A DNA stretch of 64,000 bases from Squalus acanthias (taxonomy: Eukaryota), in assembly GCA_030390025.1 (NCBI GenBank), contig CM059432.1, positions 103,728,001-103,792,000 of the forward strand. Direction: 5' to 3'. The position numbers and the translations under genes are program-made. Positions 1 through 10,883 of this stretch are shown in pieces. The notes beneath the pieces are model-generated. The model did no database searches. It saw nothing but the letters and a program-made list of their open reading frames with translations, and had not been told where the DNA came from. Position 1 is the stretch's first letter. Every line of letters begins with the position of its first letter.

Positions 1-2
1 GT

Positions 3-413
3 AATCATTTTAGCCTCATGGTGGTTGGCTACTATCTGGCGTTCCTGATGTAACGCATTCAAGGATGCAATGAGTTTCTGTCCTCCCGTGATCTTTTCCT
101 CCATCTCAACTTCCAAATCCCTGATCTGAGCTGCCTGTGCCACAATGACCTGGTCCGAAAGTTGGACTTGCTTCTTGTAGCACATCAGCCAGACCGCTTT
201 CTCTACCGACTTCTTATGCTCTTTACTGCCTGTCCATTTGATGGCGGCGTCTAGCGGATGCTTATCCATCAGCAGGTCACTTATCCACCTTTTGGTTAAG
301 TTAACCTTCCCAAACACATAGTCGGCTACCCTCTCATCCATCACATTTTGCCTATTCACACCAGGGTCTAAAACATTACTCTCTCGCTGCCAATGTCCTG
401 CCGCGGTCGCCAT
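3..413 (-). CDS. gag-like ORF of an LTR retroelement, N-terminal 137 codons, running off the window edge
   Basis: Hand translation from the ATG at 413 (context AAAATGG) gives MATAAGHWQRESNVLDPGVNRQNVMDERVADYVFGKVNLTKRWISDLLMDKHPLDAAIKW...QAAQIRDLEVEMEEKITGGQKLIASLNALHQERQIVANHHEAKMI with no stop. It lies directly 3' of the LTR and PBS. It is absent from the ORF track because its stop is outside the window. Gag identity is inferred from position. Confidence 0.7.
   Translation of the reverse strand, partial: MATAAGHWQRESNVLDPGVNRQNVMDERVADYVFGKVNLTKRWISDLLMDKHPLDAAIKWTGSKEHKKSVEKAVWLMCYKKQVQLSDQVIVAQAAQIRDLEVEMEEKITGGQKLIASLNALHQERQIVANHHEAKMI
395..412 (-). promoter_or_regulatory. Primer-binding site complementary to tRNA-Arg(UCG)
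   Basis: Plus strand reads GTCCTGCCGCGGTCGCCA, matching my recollection of the last 18 nt (including CCA) of vertebrate tRNA-Arg-TCG. It sits 5 nt inside the LTR end. Confidence 0.85.
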
Positions 414-417
414 TTTC

Positions 418-2134
418 TGTAAGGGGTTCTTGTCGTGCTTGTATCACAGACGGTGCTGGTGCGAGGTTAGGCCTTTGTTGCCTAATACTATTGCTTGCTC
501 TGTTCTCCGGCCAGCCTTGTTGCAATAAGCACCTGTGAGTGGTTCGACCCACTCGCCCTTATGGTTCTAACACTGGACTTAGGTGCGAGAGCAGTAATGC
601 AGAGAAAAACTCAAATAGACCCGGTTGAATAGTACGAAATGGAAAATCTTTATTGCATAGCGTCCAAGATCATGAAGTACATGTCATAGGCGCAAATTAA
701 CGAGAGTACAAGTATACATACATTCATAAAGCTTGGTCTATGGTAATGAAGAATGCACGGCACATCGTAAAAAGGGGAACACATTATACTTTATCCTTAA
801 TAAAACCACCCTCCCCTATCAATACCTACACTACATCTAGATTTGTAGGATTGGGAAACATGCTCACCACTCGTGATACTTCGGAGAATTTTAAACTGAG
901 GCACTCGGCTCGTTCGCTGCAGTGCCTGACTGTCACGTGTTTGGAGGGGTCTCTGTACCCCACTTGTTTATCTTCGCTGCTGCGACAAGCAGGCCGGGCT
1001 CCCCGTTGTCATGAAGAACTTGACAGAACTCGGGCCCGGTTGTAGAACTCAAAGAAAAGTCTTCCTGTACTGACACCAGTTGTCGGTAGAATTCAATGAA
1101 GGGTCTTCCTATGGTGATGAAGTCGATGGACCCAAACCGGTTCGTGCAATAACCCGTAGAATTCAAGAAATGAGTTCTATATTTTCGGGCGCGGTAGGGG
1201 TTTACTGACCGCAGCGGCACGTGGATTCTTCTTCTTTTCTTATCATTTCGTCTTGTCTTGTTGGGCCTTCGGGTCCAGACACCGTTTACCGACTCTCGGG
1301 ATGGTGCACCCGGTCACTTGCCCTTGTCGAGGCGGCTCGTTCCGATTGAGCTCCACCCAACATTTGAATAACCGTCCAGTACGGCTAAAAGTCCAGAGTC
1401 AACAAAGTCCAGAGAAAACACAGAAGGCTGCTCGTCCAGCAGAGCGATACCCGAGGATCAGAATAAGAGAATAAGAGATGATTCGAGCGAATAAGAGAGC
1501 GATGGACATTTGTTCACTATAGTTATAGTGCTGTGTTCCCTTATCTCCCGCTCAAATCTTAATGTTTGTCCTTTGTGTAATATTGGCGCTCAAAACTCCC
1601 AGCATGGGGCGATTCTTTCCTTAACGGGTTTCGGTAGCACCTGAAACTGGCCAACTACCCGTTAATGTTTTCCCCATTGTTGAACCGGCTAGGAGCCTCC
1701 CTGGCTGGGTTTTTGGGGGCCCCCGAATGCTTGCTTAATCACCCGTCGATGTCTCTCTCATTGTAGAGCCGTGGGGGTATTTGTGTATTGATGTGTCTGG
1801 ATGGGCCTTCGATTGCCCAGTACAATGGTCCTTACTTGTGCATGGGAAACGATTCCAGCACTTATATCTTTTGCTATTGTTTCGAATGCAAACAGGTTGC
1901 ATCCTGTCTTTATCAGTGTTTATCGAGTATGATCCCGTCTTATATTGAAATGTTTATTCGAACGCCATCTTGTCTGCCCACTGTGATTCTGGAAGCTTCT
2001 GCCACGATGCGCGGCGGCCATTTTACAAGCTTCTGTGTCCTTTATATCATGACAGCATTTCGTTTAATAAAACTGATCAAACGAATCTGCTTCTCTTGTG
2101 TTATTTTGAATCGCGATAATTGCGAAACTTTACA
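418..2134 (-). mobile_element. 5' LTR (~1.7 kb) of an endogenous retrovirus or LTR retroelement
   Basis: Minus strand starts TGTAAAG and ends CCTTACA (TGTAA...TTACA terminal inverted repeat). TATA-like TATAAC at 1522-1527, AATAAA at 649-654, PBS adjacent. Outer end abuts an interrupted CR1 at 2135. Confidence 0.8.
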
Positions 2135-2870
2135 CTATTCATGAAGCCCAGGATCCCGTAAGACTTTTTAACTGCTTTCTCAACCTGCCCTGCCACCTTT
2201 AATGATTTGTGCACTCATACCCCCAGGTCTCTCTGTTTGTGCACCCCCTTCAGGATTGTACCAGTTAGTTTATATGTCCTCTCCTCATTCTTTCTACCAA
2301 AATGTATCACTTCACACTTTTCTGTGTTAAATTTCATCTGCCACGTGTCCGCCCATTTCACCAGCCTGTCTATGTCTTCCTGAAGTCTATCACTCTCCTC
2401 CTCACTTTTCACTATACTTCCAAGTTTTGTATCATCTGCAAATTTTGAAATTGTGCCCTATACACCCACGTCCAAATCATTAATATATATCAAGAAAAGC
2501 AGTGGTCCTAGAACCGACCCCTGGGGAATACCACTGTATACCTTCCTCCAGTCTGAAAAACAAGCGTTCACCACTACTCTCTGTTTCCTATCACTTAGCC
2601 AATTCCGTATCCATGCTGCCACTGTCCCTTTTATTCCGTAGGCTTCAACTTTGCTGGAAAGCCTATTATGTGGCACTTTGTCGAACGCCTTTTTGAAATC
2701 CATGTATACTACGTTAACCGCATTACCCTCATCAATCCGTGCTGGTTTTCTTTAATTAATCCACACTTGTCCAAGCGACTGTTAATGTTGTCCCTGATTA
2801 CTGTTTCTAAAAGCTTCCCCACTACCAAAGTCAAACTGATTGGCCTGTAGTTGCTTTGCACCTTTTTTTG
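2135..2870 (-). mobile_element. CR1 LINE RT fragment, cut by the LTR element
   Basis: ORF pieces [40 protein letters not shown]. Confidence 0.9.
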
Positions 2871-3465
2871 AACAAAAAAAAGGTTGCTTATTGTTTTGCT
2901 ACTTATATCACATTTTACAATGAGCATATACAATGATTAGACACTCAACTGATACAGTCATCAGTTATTTCTTTAAAGCAGTTATTAGCAAAGGAAAGGG
3001 AAAATCTCTTGTCCAGTCTCAATTTTGACCTAGATTGACACCTTTTAACTCTATGTTTTGAGATAGGGTGAAATGTACATGAAAACTATCATTACTAGGA
3101 TTATATTCAGCAAAGAAAACACCAATTCAAGACTGCAGAAAAACAGCACATCTTTCAATGGGAAATTTCTAGTGCAATATTTCCTCGGATCTCCGTAGAT
3201 AGGGTGCTTCTTTTATTTGTGTTTTGTATGACAACAGATTGTAGTTATTTATCTTCTCAAACACGTACCACCAAGTAAATAAATATTTTAAATCATCATC
3301 AGCACGGCTGAAAGCAACAATGTAATTAAATCTTGTTCACTGATCATTCTTTAATTAATTTACAATCTCATTTTATTTATTGGAATTTCTAATCAGTTTT
3401 AGTAAACATGTAATCTTAATGTAATCAAAGAAAATAAGTTTTTACACACTTTCCTGTATTAGATT

Positions 3466-3772
3466 TAATCAGAGACACCAGCGGCGGTGGGACATAAAGG
3501 AGAGAGCGGAGAAAGAGCACAGACCTAATCGGAGACACCAGCGGCAGTGGGACATAAAGAAGAGAGCGGAGAAAGAGCACAGACCTAATTGGAGACACCA
3601 GCGGTGGGACATAAAGGAGAGAGCGGAGAAAGAGCGCAGACCTAATCGGAGACACCAGCGGCGGGACATAAAGGAGAGAGCGGAGAAAGAGCGCAGACCT
3701 AATTGGAGACACCAGCGGTGGGACATAAAGGAGAGAGCGGAGAAAGAGCGCAGACCTAATCGGAGACACCAG
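3466..3772 (+). repeat. Tandem array of ~5.3 units of 57-60 bp at the 5' end of a CR1
   Basis: Unit TAATCGGAGACACCAGCGG(CGG)TGGGACATAAAGGAGAGAGCGGAGAAAGAGCRCAGACC. Confidence 0.95.
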
Positions 3773-4025
3773 TGGCCAAACCCTCCACGATTTCCAAAAA
3801 AAACAAGGTGTGATGTCACAGGACCTCAGGTAGGTGATTGGTTGGTGAGTATTAAGGTTTTTTTTCTCTCTAACCTAGGCCAGCGGCTTAAACTAGCAAC
3901 GGGAAACTATAACATACTGTATTAAATTTATAGCTTAACTAGTTAAACTAATTAATATAACTATAAATAATCGTTGATTAAAGACTTTAACTAATTAAAT
4001 AAATAAAATAAGACTTGTCTAAGAT

Positions 4026-4953
4026 ATGGCAGGGCAGGTTGTGTGTCTGGACTGCAGTATGTGGGAGTTTGTGGACAGCGAGACTGTCCCGAGCAAACAC
4101 GTCTACAGGAGATGTCTCCATCTCGAATCTCTCCGGCTCAGAGTCATTGAGAGACACTCCGACATATAAGGGAGGGGGAGGAATTTCTGTACAGTTTTAT
4201 CCAGAATACAGTCACTCCCCATAGGAAAGCACAGGTTCAGGAAAGGGAGGGTGTGACTGTTAGGGAGACGGATAGCGGGGATTTAGGAGAGGTTGAGAAG
4301 GAGGTCCCGCAGACACTGGTCCTGTCCAACAGGTACGCTGTACTCACTACCTGCGAGGACAAGGAGAAAGACTGCAGGGTGGACAGCCATAGTGCAGACC
4401 AAGGCACCATGGCTCAGAAGGCTGTCCAAGGGGGGAAAGAGCAGAATAGAAATTTGGTAGTGATAGGGGACTCTATAATTAGGGGGATAAATAGCGTCCT
4501 CTGCAGCCAAGAACGAGAATCCCGAAGGGTGTGTTGCCTACCCGATGCCAGGGTAAGGGATATCTCATGGCGGCTGGAGAGGAACTTGGAAAGGGAAATC
4601 CAGTTGTCGTGGTCCATGTTGGAACAAACGACATAGGTAGGAACAGGGAGGAGGTCCTGCTGAAAGAGTATCAGGAGTTAGGATCTAAATTAAAAAGCAG
4701 GACCTCGAGGGTAATAATCTCTGGATTATTGCCCAAACCACATGCAAATTGGCATAGAAGCAGACAGATCAGGAGAATTAACACGTGGCTAAAGGGCTGG
4801 TGTGGGAAAGAGGGGTTCCTTTTCATGGGACACTGGCACCAATTCTGGGACAGGAAGGAGCTGTACCGATGGGATGGGCTCCACCTGAACCGGGATGGGA
4901 CCCGTGTCCTAGCGGAAAGGGTAAATAGGGAGGTGGCAAAGACTTTAAACTAG
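4026..4953 (+). pseudogene. CR1 ORF1 (N-terminal zinc finger plus SGNH/GDSL-like esterase), frameshifted
   Basis: MAGQVVCLDCSMWE... followed by VVIGDSIIRG, VVVHVGTNDIG and DGLHLN in different frames. Confidence 0.85.
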
Positions 4954-5439
4954 TAAGATGGGGGGAGGGATCTACAAGAAACATAACCAGCCTAAATAGA
5001 AACAAAACAGGAAAAGAGAGCATAGGAAAGAATAAAGTAAGGGAGGACATTTATGGCAAGGGAATAAATAGAGTTATAGAACAGAAGTCTAAAAAGATGG
5101 TTAAACATAAAGTAAGAGGAAATCCTATTAAAAATGAGTTCAACTGTCTGTACAGCAATGCACACAGTAATAAAACAGGGGAGCTGGAGGCAATCATACG
5201 TTGCGAGGAACCAGACATAGTAGGGATTACTGAGACATGGCTACAGAAAAATCAGGACTGGGAATTAAACATTGCAGGGTATAACATATTTAGAAAAGAC
5301 AGGGAGGGAAAAAGGGGAGGTGGAGTAGCTGTACTTATTAGGGATAACATAATGGCAGTAGAAAAAAGTGACGCAGATATCAGCAAGACAATAATAGAAT
5401 CCTCAGCAGGTCAGGCAGCATCTGTGAAAAGAGAAACAG

Positions 5440-5476
5440 AGTTAACATTTCAGGTCGATGACCTTTCGTCAGAACT
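5440..5476 (-). ncRNA. Minimal type I hammerhead ribozyme motif (stem III C>T variant)
   Basis: Minus strand AGTT-CTGACGA-A-AGGTC-ATC-GACCT-GAAA-TG-TT-AACT. Confidence 0.65.
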
Positions 5477-6387
5477 GGAAAAAAGCAGGAAATGGAATAG
5501 ATTTTTAAGCAAGTGTAGGAGCTGGGAAAGGGGGGAGGGTATGAAAGAACAAAAGGGAAGGTCTGTGATAGGATAGAAGGCAGGAGAGGTTAAGAGACAT
5601 TAAGAGATATTCAAGGCAAAAGGAGATGGTAATGGGACAGGTTAAGAAACAAAGGATGGCTCTAGATGAAGTGTAAATTGTGCTGGCAGAATGAAAGACA
5701 GCTGCCATGTGGGAGAGAAGAACAGAAGGCCAAACAAAAAGGCCCCAAACACCCCTTCCAGGTGAAACAGCAATTTACTTGTACTTCTTGCAATTTAGTA
5801 TACTGTATTCGCTGCTCACGATGTGGTCTCCTCTACATTGGGGAGACCAAATGCAGATTGGGTGACCGCTTTGCGGAACACCTCCGTTCAGTTCGTAAGG
5901 GGGACCCCGAGCTTCCGGTCGCCTGTCACTTTAATTCTCCACTCCACTTCCACTCAGACCTCACCATCCTTGGCCTCCTGCATTGTTCCACTGAAGCTCA
6001 GCGTAAGCTCGAGGAACAGCACCTCATCTTTTGATTAGGCACTTTACAGCCTTCTGGACTCAACATAGAGTTCAACAATTTCAGATCATAACCTCGGCCC
6101 CTATCCTATATATATTTTTTATCCACACCTTTTGTTTGTGTCTCTTCTCTCCCACATGGCAGCTGTCTTTCATTCTGCCTGCGCAATTTACACTTCATCT
6201 GGAGCCATCCTTTGTTTCTTAACCTGTCCTATTACCATCTCCTTTTGCCTTGAATATTTCTTAATGTCTCTTAACCTCTCCTGCCTTCTATCCTATCACA
6301 GACCTTCCCTTTTGTTCTTTCATCCCCTCCCCCCATTCCCAGCCCCTATACTTGCTTAAAATTCTGTTCCATTTCCTGCTTTTTTCC

Positions 6388-6424
6388 AGTTCTGACGAAA
6401 GGTCATCAACCTGAAACGTTAACT
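6388..6424 (+). ncRNA. Minimal type I hammerhead ribozyme motif
   Basis: AGTT-CTGACGA-A-AGGT-CATCA-ACCT-GAAA-CG-TT-AACT: stem I AGTT/AACT, CUGANGA and GAAA core boxes, palindromic AACGTT in place of stem III. Confidence 0.8.
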
Positions 6425-6914
6425 CTGTTTCTCTCTTCACAGATGTTACCTGACCTGCTGAGTATCTCCAGCATTTTCTGTTTTTATTTCAGATTTTCAG
6501 CATCTGCAGTATTTTCGTTTTGTAATAATAGAATCCTTATGGATAGAGATAAAAAATAATAAAGGACCAATCACACTAATAGGCGTAATCTACAGACCAC
6601 CTAATAGTGGAAGGGAGGTGGAGGAAGAAATATGCAGACAAATTAGGGAAATTAGTAAAAATCATAGAATAATAATCATGGGGTATTTCAACTACCCAGA
6701 TATTAATTGGACAGAAGAGGTAGGTAAAGGGGATAAGGGAATGGAGTTCCTACAATGTGTAGGACTCCTTTCTAACCCAATATGTAAAAAGCCCAACAAG
6801 GGACAATTCACTATTGGATCTAGTAATGGAGAATGAACCAGAGCAGATAAGAGAAGTAAAGGTAGGGGAACATATAGGCAATAGTAACCATAATATAATA
6901 TGCTTTAAGATGAT

Positions 6915-7140
6915 TGACGTAAGAAAACTACTAGGCACTTGGTCTAAGCATTAAAAAAAGCTTTAATCAACTGTTTTACAACATGGAGATCTAGTTGTCC
7001 TTCACTAGTTCCTGGTAAAGAATGTCCTGAGCAAGCTGGGCCCATGGCCAAGTATTTATACTCTCCCTGGACAGCGCCACCAGCAGGCCGCCCAGTATTA
7101 TGTCATAAGTCATTTCCCATGAATGACAAGATTCATGTCA
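6915..7140 (-). mobile_element. 226-bp solo LTR nested in CR1 ORF2
   Basis: TGAC...GTCA termini; 5-bp TSD ATGAT at 6910-6914 and 7141-7145; minus-strand TATAAATA at 7053-7060 and ATTAAA at 6962-6967. Confidence 0.85.
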
Positions 7141-9076
7141 ATGATAATTGATAAGGACATAAGTATGACAAAAAAACAGGTTATTAGATTGGAGAAAAGC
7201 TGATTTTGAGAGGCTGAGAATAGAACTTGGGAAAAAAATGGGAACAATATTGGCAAACAGCGATGTAGAACAGCAATGGGAAACATTTAAAACGGTGTTC
7301 AACAGAGAGCAGGGAAAATATATTCCGCTAAAAGGAAAGAACAAACTAAACAATAATGAGACTCCATGGATGAATAAAGCCATAAGGGAACAATTGAGGG
7401 TAAGGAAAGAGGCATACATTAAGTACATAGACAGCAGGGGAGTGCATGATAAGAGAGAATACAAAAAGATTAGGAGAGAAGTAAAAAAAAACAATTAGGG
7501 AGGCAAAGAGGACCTACGAAATTAAATTATCAAGGAACATAAAACAAAATAGTAAAATAATTTATAGGCACTTCAATAAAGAAAGGGAATGTTAGGATGG
7601 GAATAGGGCCATTAAGGGATAGTCAGGATAATACCACAGGTAACGATAGAGAGATGGCAGAAATATTAAATAATTATTTTGCTTCAGTATTTAGCAGGGA
7701 GATAGAACAGGTGGACATGACATTGGATGATGAGATTAGTAATGAGATAAGTGCATTTAAAATAAAAAGGGGGATATATTAATTAAATTAATCAAACTCA
7801 AAGAGGATAAAACCCTTGGTCCAGATGGATTGCATCCATGCATTTTAAAAGAATCTAGGGAAGAGATAGCAGAGGCATTACTACACATATTTAATAATTC
7901 GTTAGAAGGTGTAGTGCCAGAGGACTGGCGAATAGCTAATACCAATATTTAAGAAGGGGGATAGAACATATCCAGGGAATTGTAGACCAGTCAGCTTAAC
8001 ATCAGTGGTAGGAAAAATAATGGAATTCCTACTGAAGGAGAAAATAGAAGAACATCTAGAAGCCAAAAATATAATAATGAATAGTCAGGATGGATTTCAA
8101 AAGGGAAAGTCTTGCTTGACCAACCTTATTGAATTTTTTGAAGAGGTATCAGAGAGAGTAGACAATGGTAATGTAGTAGTGGTAATTCATCTGGATTTTC
8201 AAAAAGCCTTCGATAAGGTACCCCATAATAGACTGATGAACAAGGTCAGAGAATGCGGAGTCATGGGACAAGTAGCAGAATGGATTGCTGGCTGGCTTCA
8301 GGACAGAAAGCAGAGAGTAGGAGTAAAGGGTAGCTATTCACAGTGGCAGAAGGTGGGTAGTGGTGTTCCACAAGGATCAGTGCTGGGACCACTGCTGTTC
8401 ACAATTTACATTAATGATTTAGACTTAGGAATCGAAAACACAATTTCTAAATTTGCGGATGACATCGGGGGGGATTGCGGGGGGAAAGCCAATACTGAGG
8501 AGGACTGCAACAAATTACAGGAGGACATTAATAAACTTGCAGAATGGGCATATAATTGGCAAATGAAGTTCAACACAGATAAATATGAGGTATTACATTT
8601 TGGTAGGAAGAATAGGAAGGTCACTTATCACTTGGAGGGTGCGAGTCTAGGTGGGGTAGAGGAACAAAGGGATCTCGGAGTACAAATACACAAATCACTA
8701 AAAGTTGCGACGCAGGTTAACAATGCTATAAAAAAGCAAACCAAGCACTAGGGTTTATTTCTAGAGGGATAGAATTGAAAAGTAGGGAAGTTATGCTAAA
8801 CCTGTATCAAACCTTGGTTAGACCACACTTAGAGTACTGCGTACAGTTCTGGTCGCCATATTATAAAAAGGATATAGAGGCACTGGAGCATGCAGAGAAG
8901 ATTTACAAGGATGATACCAGAAATGCGAGGGTATACATATCAGGAAAGGTTGAACTGGCTGGGTCTCTTTTCTCTTGAAAAAAGAAGGCTGAGGGGTGAC
9001 CTAATAGAGGCCTTTAAAATTATGGAAAATTTTGATAGAGTGGATACAGAGAGAATGTTTCCACTTGTGGGGAAGA

Positions 9077-9128
9077 TTCTTCTCTTAGGCAGTCCCTCGG
9101 AACTGAGGATGACCTGCTTCCACATTAA
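9077..9128 (-). mobile_element. Extremely 5'-truncated RTE LINE (3' tail only)
   Basis: Near-identical to the RTE tail at ~14990-15040 (CTTAGGCAGTCCCTCGGAACYGAGGATGACYTGCTTCCACAYTAAAA); AAGA flanks both sides. Confidence 0.85.
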
Positions 9129-9283
9129 AAGAGCATAACTAGAGGCCATCAATGTAAGACAGTCACCAAAAAATCCAATAGGGAATTCAGAAGAAACTTC
9201 TTTACCCAAAGAGTGGTGAGAATGTGGAACTCGCTATCACAGGGAGTAGTTGAAGCGAATAGTATAGATGCATTTAAGGGGAG

Positions 9284-10883
9284 AACATAAGAACATAAGA
9301 ACATAAGAACATAAGAAATAGGAGCAGGAGTAGGCCAATCGGCCCCTCGAACCTGCTCCGCCATTCAATAAGATCATGGCTGATCTGATCCTAACCACCA
9401 ATCTACTATCTACTATCACAGAACCATCTCCTGCATCTAACAGAATTGCACACACGAAATAGGAGCAGAATCAGGCTACACGGTCCCTGGGCCCGCTCCA
9501 CTACCCACAGGGCCATGACCGATCCGAACCTAGACTCATGTCCAAATTCCAGCCCGCTCCCCGTAACCCTTAATGCCCTTTACTTCTAGGAAACTGTCTA
9601 TTTCTGTTTTAAATTTATTTAATGATGTAGCTTCTACAGCTTTTTGTGGCAGCATATTCCATGGACCTACCACCCTCTGAGTGAAGTAGTTCCTCCTCAT
9701 CTCAGTTTTGAAAGAGCAGCCCCTTATTCTAAGACTATGTCCCCTAGTTCTAGTCTCACCCGTCATCGGGAACATCCTCCCCGCATCCACCCGATCCAAC
9801 CCCTTCACAATCTTATATGTTTCAATAAGATCGCCTCTCATTCTTCCGAACTCCAATGAGTAGAGTCCCAATCTACACAACCTCTCCTCATATGACCACC
9901 CCCTCATCCCCGGGATTAACCGAGTGAACCTTTTTTGCACTGCCTCGAGAGCAAGGATGTCTTTCCTTAAGTAAGGACACCAAAACTGTATGCAGTATTC
10001 CAGGTGCGGTCTCACCAATACCTTGTACAACTGAAGCAATACCTCCCTATTTTTATATTCTATCCCCCTAGCAATGAAAGCCAACATTCCATTTGCCTTC
10101 TTAATCACTTGCTGCACCTGCATACTAACCTTTTGAGTTTCGTGCACCAGGACCCCCAGATCCCTTTGCACTTCAGTACTCTCCAGTTTCTTGCCATTAA
10201 GATAATAAATTGCTCTAGGATTTTTCCTGCCAAAGTGCATCACCTCACACTTTCTAGTGTTGTATTCCATCTGCCAAATCTCTGCCCACTTACTTAGCCT
10301 GTCTATGTCCCCTTGCAGGTTTTTTATGTCCTCCTCACTCACTACTTTCCCTCCCATCTTAGTATCATCTGCAAATTTTGATATGTTACACTTGGTCCCT
10401 TCCTCCAAATCGTTAATATAGATTGTAAAGAGTTGGGGACCCAGCACTGACCCCTGTGGAACACCACTAGTTACTGATTGCCAGTCTGAGAATGAACCAT
10501 TTATCCCAACTCTTTGCTTTCTGTTAGATAGCCAATCCTCTATCCATGCCAGAATATTACCCCCAATCCCGTGATTTTTTACCTTAAGCAATAATCTTTT
10601 GTGTGGCACCTTGTCAAATGCCTTTTGGAAGTCTAAATACACTACGTCTACTGGTTCCCCTTTATCCACTCTATATGTTACTTCCTCAAAGAACTCCAGC
10701 AAATTTGTCAAACATGACTTCCCCTTCGTAAAACCATGCTGACTTTGTCCTATTAAATTATGATTATCCAAATGTCCTGTTACTGTTTCCTTAATAATGG
10801 ACTCCAAAATTTTACCTACCACAGATGTTAGGCTAACCGGTCTATAGTTACCAGCCTTCTGTCTACTGCCCTTTTTAAATAAA
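9284..10883 (-). mobile_element. 5'-truncated CR1 with uninterrupted RT ORF (9536-10897, 453 aa)
   Basis: [24 protein letters not shown]; (TTCTTATG)n tail; GGGAG duplicated at 9279-9283 and 10884-10888. Confidence 0.95.

Larger units (their letters stand above)
5404..6523 (+). mobile_element. Penelope-like element, 5'-truncated with inverted pseudo-LTR
   Basis: GIY-YIG ORF 5666-6034 (NLVYCIRCSRCGLLYIGET...RFAEH...VACHF). 5404-5720 is the reverse complement of about 6140-6463. 14-bp TSD AATAATAGAATCCT at 5390-5403 and 6524-6537. Confidence 0.92.

Noticed and set aside
395..412. tRNA-Arg gene
   Set aside because: Only the last 18 nt including CCA match, next to an LTR end; this is a PBS.
740..2144. 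Short ORFs inside the LTR as accessory genes
   Set aside because: No recognisable motifs, mostly alternative starts or antisense; cannot be supported.
3466..3772. Possible CRISPR array
   Set aside because: Units are contiguous with no unique spacers, and the context is eukaryotic.
3425..3819. Repetitive minus-strand ORFs (SPIRSALFLRSLLYVPPLV)n
   Set aside because: By-product of 57/60-bp repeat units being multiples of three.
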